Part shown: piece after piece, positions 51,785-64,000 of the stretch
How the letters are laid out: every line of letters begins with the position of its first letter
Numbering within the stretch: position 1 is the first letter of the stretch
Source of the DNA: the human T2T-CHM13v2.0 reference genome, Homo sapiens
Assembly: GCF_009914755.1 (NCBI RefSeq)
Contig: NC_060935.1
Length of the DNA stretch: 64,000 nt
Strand: one strand, 5' to 3'
The notes under the pieces: model-generated
Told to the model about the DNA's origin: nothing
The model's database searches: none
The model's input: only the letters and a program-made list of their open reading frames with translations
Made by a program: the position numbers and the translations under genes

Positions 51785-52841
51785 TTGTTTCTCTACATTC
51801 TTTCCCACTTTTGATATTGCTACTCTTTTATTTTAGCCACTCTAAGAGGTTTATAGTGATATTGCATTATACTTTTATGTGAATTTCTCTAATGACTGAT
51901 GTTGAGCGTCTTTTCATATGTTTATTTGCATTATATATTTCTTCTTTGGTGAAGTATCTTTTCATGTATTTTGCTCATTTTATAATTGGATTTTGTTTTA
52001 ACGGGTGAGTTTTGAGAGTTCTTCACTTTTTCCTGATAGCTCAGATATGTGGTCTACAAGTGTTTTCTCTTATTCTGTAGCTTATATTTTCATTCTCTTT
52101 AGAGGGTCCTTCACAGAAGAAAGTTTTCAATTTTTATAAACTCCAACATACCAAATTTTTATTTTACGGATCATGCTTTTAGTGTCAAATCTACAAACTC
52201 TTTGTCTACCCCTGGATGGCAAAGATTTTCTCCTTTTTTTTTTTCTCAAAAGCTTTGTGGTTGTATGTTTTACACATAAGTCTGTGGTCCATTCCGTGTT
52301 AATATTTGTGTAAGGTATGAGAAGCCAAAGTTCAGCTTGTTGCCTATGGATATATGTTACAATAAAGACTATACTTGATCTTTGTCCCTGGTTTCTGGCA
52401 TATGGGAAGCTAGAATGGACATTCTGGCTCTCCACATGGTCTCCACTGACACTATAGTAGTGGCCGCCCTGTTACCACTGAGCAATGGGGCAAATCCTTA
52501 CTTGCCATTAGGCCTCCTCTGATACAACCCCACGGGGACCAGGAGGGACATCTCATTTTTGCTGGGTGGTTGTAGAATCTAAGGCTTTCCACACGATCTC
52601 CCTGATATTTATTTCTTGATCCTTTGGCTAGGAAGAGGAGGCTTTGTTTTGGGGCATATACACACACGTTGGTGTTTCTGGGTTGCTGGCCCCTTTAGCT
52701 CCAGGTCTGAGATACATAAGACAAAAAGAGCACCCAGGGATCTCACCACCCTGTTGCTCCTCCAGTCCTGAAGTCTCTAGTCGCTTTCCTTCTTCTTTTT
52801 ACTTTTCAGAGGTGTATTTTCATTTCATCTGTAGTATCCAG

Positions 52842-53186
52842 TGATATGGTTTGGCTGTGTCCCCACTCAAATCCCCAGGTGTTGTGGGACAAACCATGTG
52901 GAGATAATTAAATCCTGGGGGCTGTCCCCCTATCCTGTTCTCATGATAGTGGTTAGTTCTCACTAAATCTGATGGTTTTATAAGGGGCTTTCCCCCTTTG
53001 GCTTGGCACTTCTTCTTGCTGCCGCCATGTGAAGGAGGATGTGTTTACTTCCCCTTCCACCATGATTATAAGTTTCCTGAGGGCTCCCCAGCCATGCTGA
53101 ACTGTGAATCAATTAAACCTCTTTCCTTTATAAATTACTCAGTCTTGGGTATGTCTTTATAAGCAGCATGAGAATGGACTAATACA
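52842..53186 (+). mobile_element. Solo THE1 (C-like) LTR
   Basis: tgatatggtttggctgtgtcccc...ggactaataca; perfect TSD tccag at 52837-52841 and 53187-53191. Confidence 0.94.
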
Positions 53187-53339
53187 TCCAGGGTTTTAGT
53201 TGTGCTGAGAAAGAAAAACAAGAAGAAGTAAATTTATTTCATCTTTCCAGAATTTGAAGTTTCTGAAAATGCTCTTTTAAGCAGAATATGATGGACATTC
53301 AATTGGCCAATCAACTACCAAACATAATATTTTGGTTTA

Positions 53340-54040
<701 letters not shown>

Positions 54041-54959
54041 TTCCCATTAGAGAGACAGGAGATGCTGAGGGATTAAATAAAGAGAAAGAGACAAAAGCAA
54101 ACTCCCAGCTCTTGGCAACCCCTTTCTTTTAATCTTTGCTCTTTTCTAGCACAAATAATATATATTCTGCTCAGAGAAATTTATCTTGTTAACATTAGCT
54201 ATTGTTATAAAACACACACACACAAATATATACAAGAATGATTTAAGAATTTTTTTCTGGTAAAAATATGGATAATTGCACGAGGCAAATATGCAAGGAA
54301 ATATTGTCATGGTGATTTTTACAAGCCAGTCACCTGCAGTAATAATTCCTAATGACCCAAAAATATTCAAAAGAGAGACAGTAAAAATCCAACACTCTGG
54401 CTGCACATGAAGACTGCTTTCGTGCTCTAAGCCCAGCCCCCAAGTATGAAAAGTAAATAAATAAATATAACTGGAAGCCCAGGACACACGATGGGTTCAG
54501 AACATAAAACGGAATTCCACAGCACAGCAAGAAACCAAGTGGTTTCTTGACAGGCAAATTCCTTTCCACAAAAAGCATAGGCCTTATTAAAGTGTTTCTC
54601 AAGTTCAAAGACAGGCGAGATAGATGGGGCTGCACACTGTAGATATGGACAACTCATCAGAACCGTTACCATATTTGTTGGGAAGCAATAGACCAAACAG
54701 AAAACCTCAGTCTCACCTCTCACTATGTAATTTGCTGTATTTATCTGGTAGGCAAATATTCTTTGAATTAAAGTTGCTTCACAACTAGAAGACTTTTCTT
54801 AAATGCCATTTCAGAGAAGGCAATGTTTAACATTCCCACATCAGAGAAATAAAAACAATTCCTAATTCTTGTTAAATGTATTTCAACTCTTTGACATGTC
54901 TTCACGTCAATTATATAATTCCAATCTCAAAACAACCTGTGAAGTCATCAGGAAAGGAT

Positions 54960-55150
54960 AGGAAAAAATAACATATTTACTGAGTGCCTACTATATACTA
55001 GGTTAGATATATTTTTTCATTTTATCCTTACACCAACCCTTTGATTTAATGTATTTAATTGATGAGATTGAGAGAGATTAACTGGTTGCTTCAGGTCAGT
55101 CAGATCCAGGGGTAGATCCCACGTCACTTGGCTTCCAAGTCTATGAAGCC
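54960..55150 (-). mobile_element. MIR SINE
   Basis: catatttactgagtgcctactata...tcatttatccttacaccaaccct-like segment. Confidence 0.65.
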
Positions 55151-55929
55151 TTTTTCAGATTCTGTTGTGGCACTTTTTGGTTCACTTAATGGAAAAATAA
55201 AGTCATATGCTAAAGAGTAAGGAAACTCAACCCATATTTTTTGTGCTTCTATTTAAAGCATGATTTTGCCTCTGAGTGGATATCAACAGGAAATAGTTCC
55301 TGTATCATCAACAGAACAAGCAGCTGGACTGAGGAAACAAAAACACAAAGTCCAAAATAGTGATATTGGCAGGGTAGACATTACACGCAGGATACCGGAA
55401 GGCCAGTCAGACCATGAGGGCTTATGCTGCAACCCCTAAGGTGAGAGAAGGCTCCAGAACCACTTTTAAAAATGGTACTGTATAGTGACATCGGGCAAGT
55501 CACTTAATCTTTCTAGGTATCAGGTTTGTTACCTGCAAAATCTTTAATTTAACTCACTAATTTGTAGTCTGAGGTATAGGAGGAATTGAGAAGCCTAGAA
55601 AGCCTGGTAAAGGGTGGATGGGCACAGGTACTGACAAGGATGTGAAATCTGTGAAGCTTTCCCACCTCCCTTTTTGAAGCATATTTCTTTTCATATGATA
55701 ATCCTTTTTCTCTCATCCTTTTCCCATTCTTGCTAATCCCATTCATGGATTATTGATGTATTCCTCCCCACAGTACATCAAAACTCTGAAGGCCCCCTAC
55801 ACCATATAACATGATACAGGCTGATAAATCATTACATATATATGCACACGTACACACTCATACCCTAAGTTTCTCTATACATACACCTAGACACATATAC
55901 CTGATTTTGCTACAAAACATTGAAACACG

Positions 55930-56070
55930 CAGACTCATCCCAGCTGTGTAACTAGCCAACTCTGTAACCTTGGGAAAATCATATCATCTTTCCAGGTGTC
56001 AGTATCTTCATCTACAAAATAAAGAGCTTAACCTAAATTATTTCTGAACTAGCTGATAGTCCTCAAATCC
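55930..56070 (+). mobile_element. MIR/MIR3 SINE
   Basis: ctgtaaccttgggaaaatca...cagtatcttcatctacaaaataaag. Confidence 0.65.
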
Positions 56071-56649
56071 AAGAATAGCTTGTTCTCTGTTACTCAATGT
56101 TCTTATGCTAACTCCAACTGAAAAATTAACATATGGTTTCTTCCTCACTACTAAACAGATGAATGATCTTTGTTATCCATTATGCAAAAGGAAGACTTTA
56201 TAAAATACATAAATTTGAAATTGTATGTGTGTTAATCAACCAAAAGATTATTAAGTTATATTCATTGGAGTCCACTAATGGTAGAAACAATTTGGAAAGA
56301 TATATATATGCACATGCACATAAATTTTTAAATTTTTAATTTTTTTTCCCTATAAAACAAACACCTTCACCTCAGAGATTTATTCTCTTATCATTTTCCC
56401 AGGTCATAAGATTTGAAATTAAACAAAGTGGCCACTCAATGACAGCTCTTTACATGGAAGTTTCAATTCCAGGAAATCCAGACTTGAATTCTTAGGCTTC
56501 TCTCTTCATATCTGTTCCAAAAGAGCAGCTCCTAAAAGTATAGCATTTCCAGCTGTCAGATTTGATTCAGACTAAAGAATATATAGTAATTTTCCACTTT
56601 GAAGTTTGGCCTTGAAAAAATATATATCTTCACTCTTGTTCTTATTTAA

Positions 56650-56950
<301 letters not shown>

Positions 56951-57759
56951 TTAACTCATTCTTTATATAAAATATTACATATACATTTCAGAAACATCTC
57001 ATACGTGTTCAGTTACATTTCTCACTATATTTATAATAATTATATTGAAGGCCCAAGCAAGTGACCTCACTAGCTCTTTTACTAACATAACTATGTTTGC
57101 CTTATAGAAAGTCACTAATGATAAGGAGCAGAAGAAGAAAAAGAGTTTTTCCTTTATCCCTTCCTGGTCCAGCTGTGTATTTTTCACATGAGAAGATGGA
57201 AAACCTCTCCTCATCCTAATATAACCCATCTGTTAGTGGCAGAACCTCAGAGGCATTAGAAACAGTTCTCTTTTCTGTTCAAAATATTCACAGTCCTTGA
57301 ATCATCTGCATGTTAAACAATATTCTAAGCAAAATCCACACCACTTGAATAATTGTACAGACTTCTAAAAGATCTACCTAGAAACTTGTGGCTTATATCA
57401 TGTATGAAGTCTGATAAGTTTGTTCGTTAAAAAATCGTATCACCTTATCATCACATATTGCTTATTGTTGATAAAAAGGAAGAAGCAATGCCTCTTGTTT
57501 TTAATCTATTATGACAATACAGAATTAAGGAAAATGAGTTTTAATAGAATGTTTATTTATTGTGCAGTTTCAGAGTCAAATTCAGAAAAATACAGGAGTT
57601 GGAAAACTGAGTGCAAGCATTTGTTTTGCAGTTAATGCATTTGTTCTCATTCAGCAAGTCAATGGCCTCCTCTAGGATCCTGTTACCTCATCCATAAAAG
57701 AAAAAGGATTTGGGAATTCTAAGTACCCTGCAGTTCAGACACACTAAGATCCTTCATCT

Positions 57760-58110
57760 CATCCATTGGCTTATAGAGGTGACAAGTTAGGTCTCCTGAA
57801 CAGTTTCCAAAGGCATAAAAAAGTCGATAGAATGATTCTTTCCAACATAAGAAAAATAGTAAAACTGTACATAGGACACTATAAAATGACATCGAAGGAG
57901 ACAGAGGCAATTTGCTCATTTGGAGAAAATAGCAAGATAAGATATGAAGTGCAGTGTAGCAGGGGAATGACACTGGATCATAACACTGAGTAAAAAGATT
58001 TTGAATAAGAGGTAGGCAACACATTCTGGAACAAATTACATTGTGGAGGGAAATTGTGTAAATATATAAGCTTTAGAGATGGTAAACTAAAGCTCTTGAA
58101 CCAGTGGACT
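57760..58110 (+). mobile_element. L3/CR1-like 3' relic
   Basis: tgaagtgcagtgtagcagggga...aaaagatttt...ctggaacaaattac loosely matches the recalled CR1 3' end. Confidence 0.35.
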
Positions 58111-60004
58111 AAATATAAAAAAAGAAGTTCTAGAAGAGGGCATTTCTACATTTATCAAAGCATGCACTTCAAAGCCTCTTTCTCCTTTCCTACCGCACCA
58201 ACTTTGAGATTTTAGCTTTCTTTGTTAATAAAGTATAATTCCTGTGACCAAGTGATGGCATCATACACCCCAGGAACCTTATAATAAAGTCTCTCCAGCC
58301 TTAAAAAAAAAATCACTTAAATTCAAGAGTTCATTTCTAGGTAAGCTAGCCAATGGGTCAAAGTGAAAAAATCCAAAAGTTAAGTTTGTTTTGATTTGTT
58401 TTTCCCCACATAATTATGACTTCCATAATTATGGCTCCAATTAAAGCAGAAACTCTGAGCTCTAGTAGGATTTTCTCTGTGAAGTAGCTTGTATGCTCCC
58501 TTTCCTGGTTTTCCAGATTGGCTTATAACTTCTGAACAAGGTTTAATAGCTGATTCCCAACTGCACTTAATGGAGAGTGATCTCAATACCAGTGTTGTGG
58601 AATGAGTCAAGCATAGATGGGGTTCCAAAATGCAGGGCTTTGGATAGAGTTTTAATTCACACTTGGCTGTAGGGAGCCCTATACTCACAAATAAGCCAAA
58701 TTTAACTCTAGGTTTCCTCCCTGTCACTTTATCTACTACGTGCAACTTTTTAAATAGAAGCCTACCTGATTCTTTAAGAAAACTTTCTGCTAGGACATCT
58801 TAGAAAGAAAAATGACATTGTGAGGATTTAAATATAGCGAGACATTTTAAATCTTCATGCTATTAGACTAACCAGCTATCATCATCAGTGATAGTGGTGA
58901 TAACTGTATCATGGTCTAGCAGATGAGAAATAGGCAAGCAGAAGCTTTTGTTCCAATTCCACCTTGATCATTAGCTCACTGAGATATTTCTCATAAGTAA
59001 AAAATACTTCAACTCCCATTTCTAAAGCTTGATTATTAAAGAATTGTTGTTTGCTGGCTTCAGTTAAGACATATATGGAATAAGTATATTTTTTAAAAAG
59101 TTAATTGAAATGATATGCCCTTATTTTAAAGGTTCCTATAGGGTAACGCACTTCAACCTACAGAATATAATAACCTTTACATTGACTTCTTATGGAAGCT
59201 TAAATATCTCTTCCTGTCAGAAAGATAGAATTGACATACTTCAAGTTCTTATGGGATGTGTTTAAGTGTAGCTTGGTTTTGTAGTCCAAAAATTCATAAT
59301 CTATAGAAAAAAATTTCAGGAGACCAAGTAGGATTCTATTTTAAAAGCAAGAAAAGTCAAGTAGCATCCCCAAGTCTTTCATGAAATCACACCATTTCAC
59401 GAAACTGCTCCATCTTACAAACTTCTTGGGTAGTAATCAAAGTAATCTGCTCTCTAGTAACTTCCACCTGTATCATACAGTTGAAAAAAAATGAAGGCTA
59501 TGGAGTTACAACATTATAGTAATTGAGCTGCCTAACCCCAGACCTGTTGAACCAGATAATGTGTTTGTTTACTCTGTCAATTCTGTGTGGGAGTGCATAG
59601 CTCCAAAAGAGCATCCGTCACTCCCTCCAACTTCCCCATCCAGGAAAACAGCTACATGCTCATGCAGGTCAGAATCATTTATATTGCAAAATATATACAA
59701 GTCCTACCCTCAGTATCTTCAGATATGGATATATATTGCTTGCTTGGATTAATCTACCTCTCTATTCTACAACCTGAGCCATTAAGATTACTTCTGCCAT
59801 TGCACCCCATCACAAGTTCAGCTCATATTCCTATTGATGGATAAAGGATGCATCAATAAATAGGGGAACAGTAAGAATAGAGACAGTAATCATTTTTTTT
59901 CTAGAAAATTATTTAATGGGACCTGACTCCCTAAAATTCCAATGGGGGACAACTAACTATTCTCAATTCCTGATGTGTTCATATTCGTCCACATTTTTAT
60001 TTAA

Positions 60005-60328
<324 letters not shown>

Positions 60329-60455
60329 TAACATGTTTATTGAGACCCTAATATGTTTCAGACACTGTGCTAGGCTTTAGTGGTTCAGTGTTGGCTCAAA
60401 CAGTGTTTGCTCTCAGGGAGTTCATGCTCCAATCTGGCAGAAAGATAAGTAAATG

Positions 60456-62392
60456 AAGTCATACCTCAGAGATATTACAGGTTCAGTTTCAGACCACCAT
60501 AATAAAGCAAATATTGCAATAAAGTGAGTCACACATTTTTTTTGTTTGTTTTACAGCACATGTAAGAGTTATGTTTATATTATATTATAGTTTACTTGGT
60601 ATTCAATAGCATTATGTCTAGAAATGCACATATTTTAATTTAAAAATGTTTTATTCTTAAAAATGCTAATGGACATCTGAACCCTAAGCAAGTCATCATC
60701 TTTTTTCTGGTGAAGGTTCTTGTCTCAGTATTGATGGCTGCTGACTCATCAGTCTGGTGGCTCCTAAAGGTTGAGATGACTGTGACAATTTCTTAAGATA
60801 ACAGTGAAGGTCACTACATCGATTGACTCTTCCATTCAGAAAAGTTTTCTCTGTAGCGTGTGATGAAAAGTTTGATAGCATTTTACCCAGAGTAGAACTT
60901 CTCTCAAAATTGGAATGTATTATCTCAAACCCTGCCACTGTCAACTAAGTTTATGTAATATTCTAAGCCTTTTGTCGTCATTTCAACAGTGTTCACAGGC
61001 TCTTCACCAAAACTAGCTTCTATCTCAAGAAACCATTTTCCTTGCTTATGCATAAGAAGAAACTACTCATCTATTCCAGTTTTATCATGAGATTGAAGCA
61101 ATTCAGTCACATCTTCAGACTTCACTTCTAAATCTAGTTTTCTTCCTGTTTTCACAACATCTAAAGTTACTTTCTCTACTGAAGTCTTGAACCTCTCAAA
61201 AACTTTCAATCAGCAAGGATTGAACTCAGATTCTTCCAAACTGTTGTTCCTGTTAGTATTTTGATCTCGTACCGTGAATCATGAATGTTTTTAATGGCCT
61301 CTAAAATAATAAATTCTTTCCAGAAGGTTTTCACTTTACTTTGCCCTGATCACTATGGTAGCTCTAGTGAATCACTATGGCAGCTATAGCCTAACAAAAT
61401 GTATTTCTTAAATAAGAGGACTTACTAATTGAGATTACTCCTTGATCCATGAGGTACAGAATGGATATTGTGTTAGCAGACATGAAAATAACATTAATCT
61501 TCATGTACATCTCCATCAGAGCCCTTGGGTGACTAGCTGCATTGTCAATGAGAAGTAATATTTTGAACAGAAACTTCTGAGAAGCAGGTCTCAATAGAAG
61601 GCTTAAAATATATAGTAAGTCATGATGTAAACAGATGTGTTGTCACCAAGACTTTGTTCTTCCGTTTATAGAACACAGGTGGAGTAGATTTAGCAAAATT
61701 CTTAAGGACCTTAGCATTTTCAGAATGGTAAGTAAACACTGAATTCAGCTTAAAGTTAACAGCAGCATTAACCCCTAACAAGGGAGTAAACCTTTGAAGC
61801 TTGGAACCAGGCAATTGACTTCTCTCTAGCTGTAAAAGTCCTAGATGGTATCATCTCATAATATAAGGCTGTTTTGTCTATATTGGAAATCTGTTGTTTA
61901 GTGTAGCCACCTTCATCAATTTTCCTAGCTAGATTTTCTGGATAACTTGCTGCAGCTTCTAAATCAGCTCTTGCTGTATAACCTTGCATTTTTCTTTTAT
62001 GAAAACGGTTTCTTTGTTTAAACCTCCTGAACCAAGGTCTGATAGTTTCAACCTCTTCTGCAGCTTTCTTACTTCTCTCAACCTTCATGGAATTGACAAG
62101 ACTTAGACCCTTGTTCTGGGTTAGGCTTTGGCTTAAGGGAATGTTGTGAGTGGTTTGATTCATTAAGACCAATAAAACTTTTTCCATGTCAGCAATAACA
62201 CTGTTTAGCTTTCTTTTATTTGTTGTTCATTCAAGTAGCACTTTTAATTAAAAAAAAAAAACTTTTATTTTGCATTCATAATTTTGCTGATTGGCACATG
62301 ACACTTAGCTTTTGGCCTATCTGAGCTTTTAACATGCCATCTTCATTATGTTTAGTTATTTCTAGCTTTTTGTTTGAAGTGTGAGATGTGTG
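60456..62392 (-). mobile_element. Tigger1 DNA transposon (3' TIR end plus most of the transposase), interrupted by L1
   Basis: Terminus aagtcatacctcagagatatt; minus-strand ORF pieces [59 protein letters not shown]. Confidence 0.94.
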
Positions 62393-64000
62393 GGAATGGA
62401 GCAAGATGGTAGAATAGAAGGTTCCACCAATCATCCCCCTGCCACTACAAGGACACCAATTTAACAATTATCTACACACACACAAAAAAAGCACCTCCAT
62501 AAGAACGAAAAATCGAGTGACCACTCACAGTACCTGATTTTAACCTCATATTGCTGAAAGAGACACTGAAGAGGTAACAAAAACAGTCCTGAATTGCCAA
62601 TGGCACCTCTCCTCCATCCCCCAGCAGTGGTGGCATGGTGTGGAGAGTGTTTCTGTGCACTGGGGAGAGGGGAAGCACAGAAAATATGTGGCATTGTACT
62701 CAGTGCTGCCCTATTATAACAAAAAACAAAACAGGACCAAACTAAGCTGACAGTCACCCACGGGTTTAAACCAGCCCTAGCTAGGGGAGTCAACCATGCC
62801 AGTGGTCAGAACTTAAGTTCTTGCAAGCCTTGCCCCTGAAGTCTAGAGTGTTCTGTGGTTCTGCATAAACCTGAAGGGTAGTCTAGGCCACAGGAGCTGC
62901 AGTTCTGTGGCAAGTCCCAAGTGCTGAACTGGGCCCAGAGCCAGTGGATGAGGGGGCCATGAGACCTACTGAAGCATCAGCCAAGGCTGCTAAGGGAGTG
63001 CCGGCATCACCCCTCCCCTAACTCCACGCTACACAGCTCATGGCTCCAAAAAAGTCCCCTTCTCTCTGCCTGAGGAAAGAAGAAGGAAGAGTGGGAAGGA
63101 CTTTGTCTTGCACCTTGGATACCAGCTCAGCCACAGCAGGATGGAGCAGTGGTCAGAGCCATGAGGCCCCGTTTCTAGGCCCTAATTCACAGACTACATT
63201 TCTAGAAACATGCTGGGCCAGAAGGGAACCTGCTGACTCAAAAGGAAGGACACAGTACTGGCAGGATTAATTACCTGCTAATTGAAAAGGCCTTGGTACA
63301 AATAGCCAGCAGGAATACCCAATACTACATCAAGGGCTTTGAGTGAGACTCTGAGACTTGCTGTCTTCAGGTGAGACTGAGCACATTCTCAGATGTGGTG
63401 GCTACGGGGTGAGATTCCTTCCCATTGAGAAAAGTGGAGGGAAAAGTAAAGGGGACTAAGGAACCTGGTGCATGGAAGGCAAGGATCCAGTACTGTTAGA
63501 ATTCATCACCTGCTAACTGGGAAGTCCTTGGGCTTTGAATAACCAGCAGTGATACCCAGGCACTATGCCAAGGGCATTGGATGAGACTCTGAAACTTGCT
63601 TGCTTCAGATGAGACTCAGCACATTCCCAGATACAGTGGCTATGGAGTGAAACTCTTTCCACTTGAGAAAGGTGTAGGAAAAATTTAAGGAGACTTTGTC
63701 TTATACCTTAGGTACCAGCTTGGCTATAGGGGCATAAGAGCACCAAGTGGGCTCTTAGGGTCCCTGATTCTAGGACTTGGCTTTTGGACATTTCTGGACC
63801 TGCCCTAGGCCAGAGGGGAGCTCATTGCCCTGAAGGGTGAGTGCTAGGTCAGGCAGCATTCACAAGCTTACTGGAGAGCCCTTGGGACTTAAGAGAACAT
63901 TGGTAGTAGTCTGACATTACCTCCTGTGGCCTGTGGAAGTGGTGGCCATGGAGTGAAGCTCCTCTGCCTTTGGAAAGGGGAAGGAAGAGTGGGAAGGATG
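62393..64000 (+). mobile_element. L1 5' UTR (L1M1/L1MA-type), running off the window
   Basis: ggagcaagatggtagaatagaagg start (YY1-type aagatgg), aaggacaccaatttaacaa, and internal ~240-bp tandem units. Confidence 0.85.

Overview
AT-rich, CpG-depleted primate genomic DNA, almost certainly human because it carries an AluYa5. It is intergenic or deep-intronic. I find no credible protein-coding exon, RNA gene, CpG island or CRISPR-like array. The supplied ORFs are Alu, LTR or low-complexity artefacts or fragments of dead transposases. Much of the window is interspersed repeat: about 11 Alus, many MIR and L2 relics, several old L1 pieces, MaLR elements (two solo THE1/MST-type LTRs, an internally deleted two-LTR THE1, MLT1s), a near-full-length Charlie3 (hAT) fossil with intact ends, and two inverted Tigger1 copies. 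Several repeat-free, motif-dense islands lie between them and may be enhancers, a TATA/CCAAT promoter or non-coding exons. I could not support a previously undescribed biological system. The best leads are a UG-repeat-flanked candidate cryptic exon, a promoter-like module, a (GGAA)17 microsatellite, a young AluYa5 with a mismatched TSD, and resolvable nested insertion and deletion histories. Repeat family names come from recalled consensus sequences, not from a database search. Boundaries of old repeats are approximate.
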